Part shown: piece after piece, positions 1 to 9,222 of the stretch
Position numbering within the stretch: position 1 is the first letter of the stretch
How the letters are laid out: each line of letters begins with the position of its first letter
From: an uncultured bacterium
GTDB lineage: Bacteria > Auribacterota > Erginobacteria > Erginobacterales > CAZKCI01
Assembly (NCBI GenBank): GCA_964551475.1
Contig: CAZKCI010000023.1
Location: forward strand, 7,289-71,288
DNA: 64,000 bases
Direction of reading: 5' to 3'
Position numbers and translations under genes: made by a program
Notes under the pieces: model-generated
Databases searched by the model: none
What the model saw: only the letters and a program-made list of their open reading frames with translations
Told to the model about the DNA's origin: nothing

Positions 1-1
1 C

Positions 2-400
2 GGCTCCTTTTCCTATCCCCTCCTGGAGAAGATCCAGGCCAACGGGCTCAGTCCCCACCAGCTGGAAACGAACCTGGCCGGGTTCCTGCGGGAATACCTG
101 GTCAAACCCGAGGTCATCGTCTTCATCAAGGAATACAGCAAGATCTCCGTCCTCGGCCAGGTCAAGAAACCGGGCTCCTACGAGATCCGGGGCCGGATGA
201 CGGTCACCCAGGCGATCGCCCTGGCCGGCGGTTTCACCGACATCGCCTACTGGAACGGCACCCGGGTGGTCCGCACCGTGGGCGGGAAGGAGGAAGTGAT
301 CAAGGTGCCGGTGGGGGAGATCCTGAGCGAAGGCGCCCGCCTCCAGGACATCGAGCTCAAACCCAACGACATCATCGTGGTGCCGGAATCGTTGATCTAA
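2..400 (+). CDS. Polysaccharide export protein, Wza-like (5' truncated; periplasmic SLBB/soluble-ligand-binding domain region)
   Basis: Open frame from window edge continuous with listed ORF 197..400; sequence ...VKKPGSYEIRGRMTVTQAIALAGGFTDIA...IIVVPES typical of Wza/GumB/EpsA C-terminal SLBB repeat; lies directly upstream of Wzc-like gene. Confidence 0.7.
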   Translation, partial: GSFSYPLLEKIQANGLSPHQLETNLAGFLREYLVKPEVIVFIKEYSKISVLGQVKKPGSYEIRGRMTVTQAIALAGGFTDIAYWNGTRVVRTVGGKEEVIKVPVGEILSEGARLQDIELKPNDIIVVPESLI

Positions 401-457
401 CTTGTTCCGCTTCCGCGGAACTAGTTGGGATGAAACGCACGCGAGTATGATTTTGAT

Positions 458-2509
458 ATGAACCTCTCGACCGACAAACTGGGCTGGTCCAACTTTCTCG
501 TCGTCCTGAAGCGGCGGAAGCTGCTCATCCTGGCCGTGATGGCGATCATGGTGGTGGTGGTGCTGATCGGATCCTTCGCCGCCACTCCCCTCTATCGGGC
601 CCAGGCCCGGATCATCATCGAGCGGGAGCTGCCCCAGGTGATGCCCTTCCAGGAGGTCTACGAGCTGGAGACCTCTCAGAAGGACTACTACCAGACCCAG
701 TACAAGATCCTCCAGAGCCGCGACCTCGCCTCCAACGTGCTCAAGGTCCTCAAGGACAAGAAAAACATCAAGTCCAATCAGAACCTGGGGCGGATGGACC
801 TCCTCCGGATGATCAGCATCGAGCCGATCAAGTCGAGCTGGCTGGTGGACATCTTCGCCAGCGGACCCGACCCCCAGCTGGTGTCCGCCCTGGCCAACAC
901 CTGGGCCGAGGAGTATATCCGGGACTCGGTCCAGACCAAGCTCGACGCCGCTTCCACCGCCCTGAACCAGCTCCGAACCCAGCTCAAGGAGCAGGCGCTG
1001 AAGCTCAAGGCCGCCCGGGAGGAGCTCCAGCGCTACAAGGAGGACCAGTCGATCACCTCCATGGAGGAGAAGCAGTCGATCGAGGTCCAGACCCTGAGCG
1101 ACCTGAACCGCCTCTTCACCGACACCCAGAAGCGCAAGCTCGACGCCGAGACCACGATCAAGCAGCTGGAGGAGCACCTCGCCCAGGGCAACTCGCCCGA
1201 GGTTTTCCCCCTGATTCTCCAGAACGGCCTGATCCAGAACCTGAAGAGCCAGCGGATCAGCCTGCAGTCGAAATACTCCGACCTCTCCAAGCGCTATCGC
1301 GACAAGCACCCGGTGATGTCCCAGCTCATGGCGGAGATGGCGTCTCTGGAGGAGAGCATCCAGGGGGAGATCGATAAAATCTTCCAGGGGCTGCGGGCGG
1401 ACTGGGAGCTGGCCAAGGCCGAAGAGAAGAGGATCGCCGAGGACCTGGAGAGCAAGAAGCTGGTAAAGCTCAACCTCGACCGCCGGAACATCGACTACAT
1501 GGCGCTCAAGGAGAACATGGAGAGCGACCAGAAGATCTACGAAGCCCTGCTCGGCCGGCTCAACGAAACCAACTTCTATAAGAACCTGGAGCTGACCAAC
1601 ATCCGCATCCTGGAGCGGGCGAACGTCCCCCTGAGCCCCTTCCGTCCGCGCAAGGTCTTCAACTTCGGCCTTTCCCTGATCGGAGGCCTGATCCTGGGGA
1701 TCGGCGTGGCCCTGGTCGCCGAGCAGCTCGACGACACGATCAAGACGCCGGACGAGATCAAGAATTATCTCAACCTGCCGGTCCTGGGCGCCATCCCCCT
1801 GTTCGACCAGCCGGATTTCCCCGAGGACGGGATCATCATCTACTCCCACCCTCACAACCCGCTGACCGAGTCCTTCCGCGCCATCCGAACCGCGGTCTCC
1901 ATCCACGCCCCCAAGGACGCCACCCGCTCGATTCTCGTGACCTCCTCCTCCTCCACGGAAGGGAAGTCCCTGGTCTCGCTTCAGCTGGCCGCGGTCATGG
2001 CCCAGGTCAACGAGAAGGTCCTCCTGGTCGACAGCGACCTGCGCAAGCCGAGCCTGCACAAGGTGCTGGGCTTTCCCGTGGGGAAAGGCTTGCGGGAATA
2101 CCTCTCGGGCGAGGCGGAGCTCGCGGAGGTGGTGATCAAGACCGAGTATCCCAACGTCTTCTTCCTCCAGGCCGGGAAGCCCCCCTCCAACGCCTCCGAG
2201 CTCCTCTCCTCCGAACGCCTGAAAATGCTGATGCACGAGGGGGGAAACGAGTGGGACCGGGTCATCTTCGATTCGCCCCCCCTGGTTTCGGTAACCGACG
2301 GGGCGATCCTCGCCGCCGAAGCGGACGCGGTCATCTTCGTCGTCCGCGCCTACCAGACGCCCTGGGCGGTGGCCCGCCAGGGAAGCGAGATCCTCTCCGA
2401 GGTCAAAGCGAAGCTCTTGGGCGTGCTCCTGAACGGGGTGGTCCGCTCCTCGGAGTACTACTACCGTTCCTACAGCACTTACGGCGGCTACGGCGGATAC
2501 GGCACCTGA
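458..2509 (+). CDS. Polysaccharide co-polymerase / BY-kinase (Wzc/GumC/EpsB-like): N-terminal Wzz chain-length-determinant domain with coiled coil, C-terminal P-loop ATPase, Tyr-rich tail
   Basis: N-terminal TM then LYRAQARIIIE (Wzz-like), long coiled coil, second TM, P-loop region VTSSSSTEGKSLVSLQLAAV, Walker B-like DSPPL, C-terminal tyrosine cluster YYYRSYSTYGGYGGYGT. Confidence 0.85.
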   Translation: MNLSTDKLGWSNFLVVLKRRKLLILAVMAIMVVVVLIGSFAATPLYRAQARIIIERELPQVMPFQEVYELETSQKDYYQTQYKILQSRDLASNVLKVLKDKKNIKSNQNLGRMDLLRMISIEPIKSSWLVDIFASGPDPQLVSALANTWAEEYIRDSVQTKLDAASTALNQLRTQLKEQALKLKAAREELQRYKEDQSITSMEEKQSIEVQTLSDLNRLFTDTQKRKLDAETTIKQLEEHLAQGNSPEVFPLILQNGLIQNLKSQRISLQSKYSDLSKRYRDKHPVMSQLMAEMASLEESIQGEIDKIFQGLRADWELAKAEEKRIAEDLESKKLVKLNLDRRNIDYMALKENMESDQKIYEALLGRLNETNFYKNLELTNIRILERANVPLSPFRPRKVFNFGLSLIGGLILGIGVALVAEQLDDTIKTPDEIKNYLNLPVLGAIPLFDQPDFPEDGIIIYSHPHNPLTESFRAIRTAVSIHAPKDATRSILVTSSSSTEGKSLVSLQLAAVMAQVNEKVLLVDSDLRKPSLHKVLGFPVGKGLREYLSGEAELAEVVIKTEYPNVFFLQAGKPPSNASELLSSERLKMLMHEGGNEWDRVIFDSPPLVSVTDGAILAAEADAVIFVVRAYQTPWAVARQGSEILSEVKAKLLGVLLNGVVRSSEYYYRSYSTYGGYGGYGT

Positions 2510-2524
2510 GCAGTACAAACAAAG

Positions 2525-2568
2525 AAGTGATCGGTAATCAGTGATCAGTTACTGATGACTGATCACTT
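2525..2568. terminator. Hairpin between convergent genes (AGTGATCAG...CTGATCACT inverted repeat embedded in TGATCAG/TTACTGA heptamer tract); candidate bidirectional terminator
   Basis: Inverted repeat agtgatcag (2539-2547) / ctgatcact (2558-2566) in the 66-nt gap between the stop codons of convergent Wzc-like and methyltransferase genes. Confidence 0.45.
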
Positions 2569-2575
2569 CATTGGT

Positions 2576-3448
2576 TCAGACGGCGGCTATGCGATAAAAC
2601 CGCGACGACGCGGCCGGTCCTACCAGCACAATCCCCATCGTGAAGAGGTCGACGGCGAGACCGATCCGCTGATCGGCGGCGATCTTCTTCCAGGCCCGGG
2701 CCATTCCTTCCGACCAGGAGATGTCGTCGAAGACCAGGCAGGCGGAGGGCGCGAGACGGGGAAGCAGGGTTTCGAAATACTCGAGCGTCGGCCCTTCCGC
2801 GTGATGACCGTCGACGAAAGCGAATTCGACGGGGTCTTTCCCGCCGAGGATTCCCGGAAGACGGTCTTGGAAACGCCCGGCGACGACCGTCGCCCTCCGG
2901 TCCAGGCCGAGGCGGGAGAGGTTCTCGCGGGCGAGCGCGGCGACCTCCCCTGCCCCTTCCAGTGTCGTCAGCTCGCCCTCTCCATTCAACTCCTGGGCGG
3001 CGGCGAGGTAGGCGGCCGAGAGGCCGAGCGAGGTCCCGAGCTCGAGAGCGATCCGGGGACGCAATTCCCGGATCAGGCGGAAGAGGAGAAGAGCGCGGCG
3101 CGGGCGGGACGCCGAGACCCGGCAGATCTCGCTCACCCGCCGCTCCACGATCATCGGCTCTTCCTTCCCCCCGGAAGGGCCGCCGGGCGAGACCGCTCCC
3201 CAGTCCTCCAGCCGCAGGACCCGGGAAGACGCGGACAGCTCCCGCCGCAACGCTTCGATCCTCCCTCGCCAGGACGACTCCTCGGCTGTCAGAATCCCGT
3301 CGGCGAACGTGGCCAGTCCGCGGACCAGAGCCCGCGCCGCGGTCGCCTCCTCCCGGCCCAGCCGCTTCAGCTCGGTTGAATTCCTCCCGATCGCCCACGC
3401 CCGCCGATAGGCGAGCCGCCACAGGGCCTTGCTTGAGGGGACAGTCAC
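2576..3448 (-). CDS. Class I SAM-dependent methyltransferase (O-methyltransferase family 3-like)
   Basis: Motif I LELGTSLGLSAAYLAAA, downstream acidic motifs (VVAGRF, FAFVDGHH), ~290 aa. Confidence 0.7.
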   Translation of the reverse strand: MTVPSSKALWRLAYRRAWAIGRNSTELKRLGREEATAARALVRGLATFADGILTAEESSWRGRIEALRRELSASSRVLRLEDWGAVSPGGPSGGKEEPMIVERRVSEICRVSASRPRRALLLFRLIRELRPRIALELGTSLGLSAAYLAAAQELNGEGELTTLEGAGEVAALARENLSRLGLDRRATVVAGRFQDRLPGILGGKDPVEFAFVDGHHAEGPTLEYFETLLPRLAPSACLVFDDISWSEGMARAWKKIAADQRIGLAVDLFTMGIVLVGPAASSRFYRIAAV

Positions 3449-3473
3449 GAATCTCTCAGTTCTCGTAGGACCA

Positions 3474-3523
3474 GGGACGGTGGCAACTTGTCAACTGGCA
3501 AGTTGACAAGTTGCCACCGTCCC
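3474..3523. repeat. Perfect 50-bp palindrome (gggacggtggcaacttgtcaactggc|gccagttgacaagttgccaccgtccc) in intra-operon gap
   Basis: Verified base-by-base as self-complementary with no loop; lies in the 81-nt gap between the GT2 stop and methyltransferase start; contains TTGACA; a related half-copy (caatttgacaatttgacaccgtccctcc) occurs at ~22033-22060. Confidence 0.8.
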
Positions 3524-3529
3524 TCCTGC

Positions 3530-4408
3530 CTAGGCGGTCGGGGAGGTGGTGGCGCGGGCGGGACGCCGGAGCGCGCTCCTCAGGCCCCGGAGAGTCCAGG
3601 AGAGCAGAACATTGGCCCCGAAACCGGCCGCCAGCAATCCGCGGAGAACCGGGTTGGCATGGCGGTGCTTACAGAAGAACTTCCACATCGAGCGGTTGTG
3701 CTCCAGGATCATCCGGTAGGGCATCATGGAGGCGGTGCCCCCCCAGCGGTGGTAAACGGTGGACTCGGGATCGAAATAGACCTCCCAGCCCGCCCGGGAC
3801 ATCCGGAAGCAGAGATCGGTGTCCTCCAGGAACATGAAAAAGCGCTCGTCGAAAACACCGACCTCGTTCAGTGTTTTCTTCCGGACCAGGGCGAAGGCGG
3901 CGGCGACGCTGTCCACCTTCTGTATGGTCTGGTAATTCCCGGAGGGGGTGAGATAGCGGCGGGTGAGGCGGTTTTTGGGGAAGAGGAGTCCCAGGGGGGA
4001 GCGGCAGCTGGAGAGGCACCGGCGCAGAGTGGGGAACGGGCGGCAGGAGGGCTGGACCGAACCGTCGGGGTTCAGGAGCTTTCCGCCCACGATCCCCGCC
4101 TGTCCGTGGGAGCGCAGGAACTCGACCAGGGTGTCGATCGCCCGGGGCGTCACCTCGGTATCGGAGTTGAGCAGGAGGCAGTATTCGCCCCGGGCCTCAT
4201 GGAAAGCCAGGTTGTTCGCCACCGCGAATCCGAGGTTGGTGATATTGGCGACCAGGCGGATCTGGGGGAAGGAGCGCTTGACCATGATGGGGGACCCGTT
4301 GGAGGATCCGTTGTCCACCACGAAGACCTCGAAGGGATCGGAGGGCGGAGAGCGGAAAACCGACTGGAGACACTTCTGGAGCAGGTCCGGCGTGTTGAAA
4401 TGCACCAC
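3530..4408 (-). CDS. Family 2 glycosyltransferase (GT2, GT-A fold)
   Basis: VHFNTPDLL...VVDNGSSNGS...LLNSDT...EDTDLCFR typical GT2 motifs; the open frame continues upstream (KPLVSII) to 4447, so the true start may be a non-ATG codon slightly upstream. Confidence 0.8.
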   Translation of the reverse strand: MVHFNTPDLLQKCLQSVFRSPPSDPFEVFVVDNGSSNGSPIMVKRSFPQIRLVANITNLGFAVANNLAFHEARGEYCLLLNSDTEVTPRAIDTLVEFLRSHGQAGIVGGKLLNPDGSVQPSCRPFPTLRRCLSSCRSPLGLLFPKNRLTRRYLTPSGNYQTIQKVDSVAAAFALVRKKTLNEVGVFDERFFMFLEDTDLCFRMSRAGWEVYFDPESTVYHRWGGTASMMPYRMILEHNRSMWKFFCKHRHANPVLRGLLAAGFGANVLLSWTLRGLRSALRRPARATTSPTA

Positions 4409-4487
4409 GATGATGGAAACCAGCGGTTTTACCTTATCACCTCGGAATTATTTTTCTTCAGCAGTTAACGCTGACGTATCTCTGTTT

Positions 4488-4991
4488 TTACCCCGATGAG
4501 CGCTTTTCGCGCGCGCATCGGGATAGAAAGGACTCGATCACGGCGAAGGCGGGGAGATCCCGGCGGCAGATCTTCCCCGGATTCATCCCCGCGGCCCTCT
4601 TGATCGCCCGGGGCAGATCGCTCATCTCGTAGGCCACCGCGGCCAGGCCCTGCTCGTCCATCTCCCGGGCCATCTCCACCTGATGATCGTTGGTATGCTC
4701 TCCGTATCTCTTCTGGCGGGGGACGACCACCAGCGGTTTCCCTTCCCGGCGGCAGAGAATGACGATTCCCGCCCCAGCGTGGGCGATCACCAGGCTCGCC
4801 GCGGCAATCCGGCGGGCGAAATCGTCATACGGCCACGACCGGGACCAGGAAAGATGGCGCGGGACATAATCCGTGCATCCGATCTGCGCTTCCACCTCTT
4901 CCCGGATGATCCCCCGGCCGACCAGCTCGTCCACCGCCTCCACCAGGCGTCGGAAAGACCGCGTGTGCGTGCCCACCGTGAGCAGGATCAC
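4488..4991 (-). CDS. Alg13-like glycosyltransferase C-terminal-domain subunit (EpsF/Cps14G/PssE-like, Glyco_tran_28_C)
   Basis: ILLTVGTHTRSFRRL...VIAHAGAGIV; proposed GTG start at 4991 forms a GTGA overlap with the stop of the upstream Alg14-like gene; alternative in-frame ATG at 5045 would give a 58-nt overlap. Confidence 0.7.
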   Translation of the reverse strand: MILLTVGTHTRSFRRLVEAVDELVGRGIIREEVEAQIGCTDYVPRHLSWSRSWPYDDFARRIAAASLVIAHAGAGIVILCRREGKPLVVVPRQKRYGEHTNDHQVEMAREMDEQGLAAVAYEMSDLPRAIKRAAGMNPGKICRRDLPAFAVIESFLSRCAREKRSSG

Positions 4992-5455
4992 AGGAACGCG
5001 CCTCCGTAAACCGCCCGGCGATAACGGCCGGCCAAGGACTTCCATTGGACGATAAAAAGATCGGCGACAGGATACATTATTTTCCCGGTCAAGGAAAGGT
5101 CTTTCACCGCCGCCGCCGTCTCGACGAAGATCACCTTGCATCCGAACATCTTGGCCCAGAGACAGAAAGGAACGGCGATGCCCGAGCCCGTGGTGACCAC
5201 CGCATCCGGACGCTCGGCCAGGTATATCTTCAGGGATTGAACCAGATTGACGAGGAACTTGAAGGCATTGCGCTGGGGATCGATGATCAGGCGCCGCCGG
5301 GGCGCGGATCCGCTGGCGGCGGGGAGGGCGGCGAAGGAGCTGGTGATCCAGACGCACGGATGCCTTCGCCAGAGCTCGTTGAGACAGAGCAACTCGGCAA
5401 AATGGCCCCCGGCGGAGGCGATCAGACAGAGACGGGGTTTGATACTCTGGTCCAT
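4988..5455 (-). CDS. Alg14-like membrane-anchoring subunit of two-component glycosyltransferase (EpsE/Cps14F/PssD-like)
   Basis: MDQSIKPRLCLIASAGGHFAELL, ~155 aa, immediately followed by its Alg13-like partner; start chosen at second ATG (5455), the listed ORF extends to 5536. Confidence 0.7.
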   Translation of the reverse strand: MDQSIKPRLCLIASAGGHFAELLCLNELWRRHPCVWITSSFAALPAASGSAPRRRLIIDPQRNAFKFLVNLVQSLKIYLAERPDAVVTTGSGIAVPFCLWAKMFGCKVIFVETAAAVKDLSLTGKIMYPVADLFIVQWKSLAGRYRRAVYGGAFL

Positions 5456-5461
5456 GGGAAT

Positions 5462-5575
5462 TGGGTCAGGAGATTGGTCTGGTCTAGGGGTCAGGTTGAT
5501 GGTGCCGGCCGACCTTTGACCTTGCCCATCGACCAAACCACTATCCTTACCCTAACCCATCAACCAGATCCACAT
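5462..5575. repeat. Intergenic imperfect-palindromic repeat element, family A (GGGTYAGG / CCTTACCC units), copy 1
   Basis: gggtcaggagattggtctggtctaggggtcaggttgatggtg...caccatcaacc-like complement ccttaccctaacccatcaacc; homologous copies at ~12310, 38172, 54003, 58607 and a partial copy at 19688. Confidence 0.75.
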
Positions 5576-5601
5576 TGTATATAGCACACTGCGACGCTCT
5601 G

Positions 5602-6558
5602 CTACGAGTGTCGGATTTGATCCTCGACCTCCCGCACGAACCTCCCCGCCACCTCCGGCCAGGTGAGCGTCTCCTGGCGGGCGAGGGCGGCGGAGAGGGA
5701 GGCGCGCAGGGCGGGATCGGCGATCAGGCGGACGATCCCCGACCGCAGGTCGTCGGTGATCAGCGCCTCCTCCCCGTCTTTCAGGGTGCCGGAGACGCGA
5801 CCGGCGAGAGCGACGATCGGCCGCCGGGCGCGGATGTATTCGACCATCTTGACACAGCTGTCGTTGTCCATGGTCAAGACGGCGATGTCGAAAGCCTTGA
5901 TATAGGCGGCGACCTCCCGGGGAGGGACCTCGCCCAGGAAATGCGCGTTGCGGGGAGCGTTCCGGACGAGTTCATCCTCCGCCGGTCCGATCAGATAGAG
6001 TTCGCAGGGAAGCCCCCGCACCGCCTCGATCAGGCGGTCGACCCTTTTCGCCCGGTTGACGATCCCGACATAGCCGACGCGCGACGTCCCCGGAAGGTTT
6101 TTCGGCACAGCGGCGTCGAAATCCTCTTCCACGCCATGGGGGATGAAGACGGCCTTCCTGGACCAGCTTCGGGCTCTTTGAATCCGGGACACGCTGGGTG
6201 ACGAGACCAGGTCCGCCCCTCCCACAGCGATCCTCTCCAACCCCGAGACCAGGCGGCGGCCGTAAAGGCGACCCATGTTTTCGGCGTAATCGTCGATCCA
6301 GTCATGGACCAGATACGACCGGAGAAGGGACCAACGCCGCAAGAGGGCGGGGAGAAATCCGATCGCGCCGGCGGCCACCACCACCCGCGGGCGGAAACGG
6401 ACGAGCGCGGGAATAAAATCCCTCCAGCGCTCGCGGGAGAGGTGGATAACCTCCCAGCCCCGGCCGGCGAGGAGGGGCGGCAGGCGGTGCCAGCGGCGGG
6501 GAGTGGCGCCGGGGCGCATGTGGGTGAGGATCAGGACTCTGAAAGGTTCAAGGTTCAT
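5602..6558 (-). CDS. Glycosyltransferase, GT4/GT1-like (Glycos_transf_1 C-terminal domain)
   Basis: N-terminus FRVLILTH, C-terminal Rossmann-like half; the start codon lies inside a GGTTCA heptamer repeat. Confidence 0.6.
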   Translation of the reverse strand: MNLEPFRVLILTHMRPGATPRRWHRLPPLLAGRGWEVIHLSRERWRDFIPALVRFRPRVVVAAGAIGFLPALLRRWSLLRSYLVHDWIDDYAENMGRLYGRRLVSGLERIAVGGADLVSSPSVSRIQRARSWSRKAVFIPHGVEEDFDAAVPKNLPGTSRVGYVGIVNRAKRVDRLIEAVRGLPCELYLIGPAEDELVRNAPRNAHFLGEVPPREVAAYIKAFDIAVLTMDNDSCVKMVEYIRARRPIVALAGRVSGTLKDGEEALITDDLRSGIVRLIADPALRASLSAALARQETLTWPEVAGRFVREVEDQIRHS

Positions 6559-6665
6559 GGTTCAACGGTTCAAAGGTTGGCTGAAAATGGGATTTGAGAT
6601 TTGAGATTATAGATCTGAGATCCGAGATTTGAGATTAACAGATCTCGGCTGATTACCGATTACCG
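6545..6665. repeat. Tandem heptamer arrays: GGTTCAN x4-5 followed by GAGATTT/GATTTGA units and CTGATTACCGATTACC
   Basis: ggttcaaggttcatggttcaacggttcaaaggtt ... gggatttgagatttgagattatagatctgagatccgagatttgagattaacagatctcggctgattaccgattaccgg; related arrays at 18838, 32060 (GGTTCA type) and 56270 (GAGATT/CTGATTA type). Confidence 0.75.
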
Positions 6666-7717
6666 GACCAAGATTCCTGCAGAAGTTCCTCCGCCGCCTT
6701 CCGTACCCTCTCGACGGTGATCTCCTCCATGCAACGATAATCTTCGCAGGCATAGTTCTTCGCCCCCGGCGGGCCGATCCGGTAGCAGGGACGGGACGGA
6801 CAGTCTCCGGCGATCACGATCGCCCGGTAATGGGCGGGGAGAGCGACCTTTTCCGAGGTGGGACCGAAAAGGGCGACCTGCGGGACCCGGTAAACTCCGG
6901 CCAGATGGAGGAGGAAGCTGTCGTTGGTGATGAAAACGCGGCAGCGACGGACGAGATCGGCGGTGTGGGCAAATCCGGTGCAGCCGACCAGGTCCAGCGC
7001 CTGGGGCGGGAAGGAAAGAGCGGCGATCTCCCGGCGGACGGCCGCCTCGTCCCCTCCCCCCAGGACGAGAAAGCGCAGGCCGGGATGATCGCGGAGCAGA
7101 GCCAGCATCAGTTCCCGCCAACGACCGACCGGCCAGCACTTGCCGTGAGAGACGGTATTGAGGCCGATGTGCGTCCCCACCAGGATGGTCCCCGGCCCGA
7201 TCCCCCGGGCGCGCAGAAGATCGTCGTTCTTCCGCCGCACCTCCTCGGTGATCCGGAATTCGGGCGGGGGCCAGGGATCGGGGAGGGGAATCTTCAGCGC
7301 CCGCAGGATGTCGAGCTCGAGGTCCCAGCGGGATCGGGTCGGATCGAAAACCAGGGGATGGGTGAAGTAGGGACGGGGGGCGTAGCCGACCCGGACCGGG
7401 ACGCGGCTGAGCCAGGAGAGAATCCGCGTCCACCACCCGACATTGCCGTAGGTGGCGATGAGCAGTCCGGGGCGGGAGCGGCGCAGATGACGCAGGAAAG
7501 CGATCCGCTCGGCCCAGGAGAGGAGGCGGGGATCGTAGATCACCGTCTCGTCGGAGACGGCGGCGGATTCGATGATCTCCTTCTGGGCGGCGTCCCGGGC
7601 GATGGCTATGATCCGGCGGCCGGCGTAACGGGAGCGGATGACGGAGAGGGCGGAGAGGAAGCGGACGGTGTCCCCCAGTCCGCCCCGCGCGATCAGGATA
7701 ACCGATCCCTCGTTCAT
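6653..7717 (-). CDS. Glycosyltransferase family 9 (ADP-heptose:LPS heptosyltransferase-like, RfaF/RfaC/RfaQ family)
   Basis: N-terminal LIARGGLGDTV and C-terminal TNDSFLLHLAGVYRVPQVALFGPTS match the GT9 signature motifs. Confidence 0.85.
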   Translation of the reverse strand: MNEGSVILIARGGLGDTVRFLSALSVIRSRYAGRRIIAIARDAAQKEIIESAAVSDETVIYDPRLLSWAERIAFLRHLRRSRPGLLIATYGNVGWWTRILSWLSRVPVRVGYAPRPYFTHPLVFDPTRSRWDLELDILRALKIPLPDPWPPPEFRITEEVRRKNDDLLRARGIGPGTILVGTHIGLNTVSHGKCWPVGRWRELMLALLRDHPGLRFLVLGGGDEAAVRREIAALSFPPQALDLVGCTGFAHTADLVRRCRVFITNDSFLLHLAGVYRVPQVALFGPTSEKVALPAHYRAIVIAGDCPSRPCYRIGPPGAKNYACEDYRCMEEITVERVRKAAEELLQESWSGNR

Positions 7718-9222
7718 GAGATCAAGAGGCCGAGCTTTTTCAGATCCGCGATTCGCGATCGAAAATCGGAGATCCTCGGGACGGGTCGGGGGAGAGAATC
7801 CGCCAGCACCCTCCCCGACTCCTCTCCCTCCCCATCCATCGCCGGCAGACGGAAGAGAATCCCGGCGCAGAGCCAGAAGAGAAAGTTGATCGGGAACATC
7901 ATCTCCCAGACATTGAGGGCGAAGGCGATGATGCCGTAGGCGGCCAGGATGGTGAACAAGGCCGAGGCCGTCTCCCGGATGCGGGGATCCCGGGCGGCTT
8001 TCATCACCCGCCAGGCCTGCCGGAAGATGGTCCCGAGAAGGCCGGCAAAGATACCGGTGCCGACCAGGCCGTACTGGATCAGGAGAAGAAAATAGCTGTT
8101 GTCCACAATATTTTCGATGATAAAGGCGGAATCCGGCTGAAGGATGCCGCCGAACTTCCCGTAGCCCACGCCGAAGAGAGGAGAGGGCCGGATTTCATTG
8201 GCGACTTCCCTCCAGTTCTTCGTCCTCCCCTCCCGCTGGGTGGGGTCGCTGAGCTTTTTCTGCAGCCAGGTGATGCGTCCGTAGTAGAGCGGGGTGACCG
8301 CCATGACGTTCAGGGCCACCACGCCGACGAAGACGATCAGGATGGTCTTGCGCATGGTCGCGGCCCGATTGAAGAGCAGGATCAGGGCCACGGCGGCGAT
8401 CAGGGCCAAGAGGGCGCTGATGGAGTAAGCGAAGAGGAAGGGGAGAATGAGGAGGATCACGGGCAGGGCGGGGAAAGGCGGCGGACGGACGGAGAGACCG
8501 GAGAGGTAGCGGTTGAGCAGGATGATCATGGCGGAGAGGAGCACGTCGGCGAAGGTGTTCGGGTTCCCGTAGGTGGAGCTGATCCTCCGGAAGGACTCCT
8601 CCCCCAGGACCACGATCTTCTCGTCCACGTAACGCCCGGTCGCTTTCTGGACCAGACCCAGGACGGCGGTGACCAGGGCGATGGCCACAAGATTTTTCAT
8701 AAAGGAGTACACGGTCTCCTTCTTCTCGAAGTAGGCCTGGGCCAGCCAGAAGACGGTGAAAAACTCCGCGGTCTTGCGGAAGCCGAGCAGACCCACGGAA
8801 AGGCCTCCGCCCCGGAAGATGGTGAAAAAAGTGTAGGCGAAGAAGGTGAGGGACAGGATATTGTGCGCGCCCCAGGTCCAGGCGCCGAAGATCCCCTTCC
8901 CCCTCCGGACCACCCCCCGGATGAAAACATACAGCCAGAGGAAGAGGAGAAGGATGTCCTTCAAGGAGTTCAGAGCTAAGATCTGCCGCCCCTCGGCGGC
9001 GAACTGATAGATGCTGACGGAGAAGGTGATCCACATGTAGGCGTTGATCAGGTTTTCCGATGAGTAGGCCATGACGACGAAAAATCCGCCGATCATGAGA
9101 ACGGAGACGAACAAGACCACGTCCCCCCTCAGAATGGCGGAGGTGACCATGACCAGGATGACCAGCATCAGGAGGATGGAGGCGAGCGATCGGGTGGAGG
9201 AGGCTCTCGCGATGGTCTTCAT
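7714..9222 (-). CDS. O-antigen ligase / Wzy-like polysaccharide polymerase family membrane protein
   Basis: ~12 predicted TM helices; Wzy_C-like motif ...DNSYFLLLIQYGLVGTGIFAGLL; 4-nt overlap with the GT9 gene. Confidence 0.65.
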   Translation of the reverse strand: MKTIARASSTRSLASILLMLVILVMVTSAILRGDVVLFVSVLMIGGFFVVMAYSSENLINAYMWITFSVSIYQFAAEGRQILALNSLKDILLLFLWLYVFIRGVVRRGKGIFGAWTWGAHNILSLTFFAYTFFTIFRGGGLSVGLLGFRKTAEFFTVFWLAQAYFEKKETVYSFMKNLVAIALVTAVLGLVQKATGRYVDEKIVVLGEESFRRISSTYGNPNTFADVLLSAMIILLNRYLSGLSVRPPPFPALPVILLILPFLFAYSISALLALIAAVALILLFNRAATMRKTILIVFVGVVALNVMAVTPLYYGRITWLQKKLSDPTQREGRTKNWREVANEIRPSPLFGVGYGKFGGILQPDSAFIIENIVDNSYFLLLIQYGLVGTGIFAGLLGTIFRQAWRVMKAARDPRIRETASALFTILAAYGIIAFALNVWEMMFPINFLFWLCAGILFRLPAMDGEGEESGRVLADSLPRPVPRISDFRSRIADLKKLGLLIS

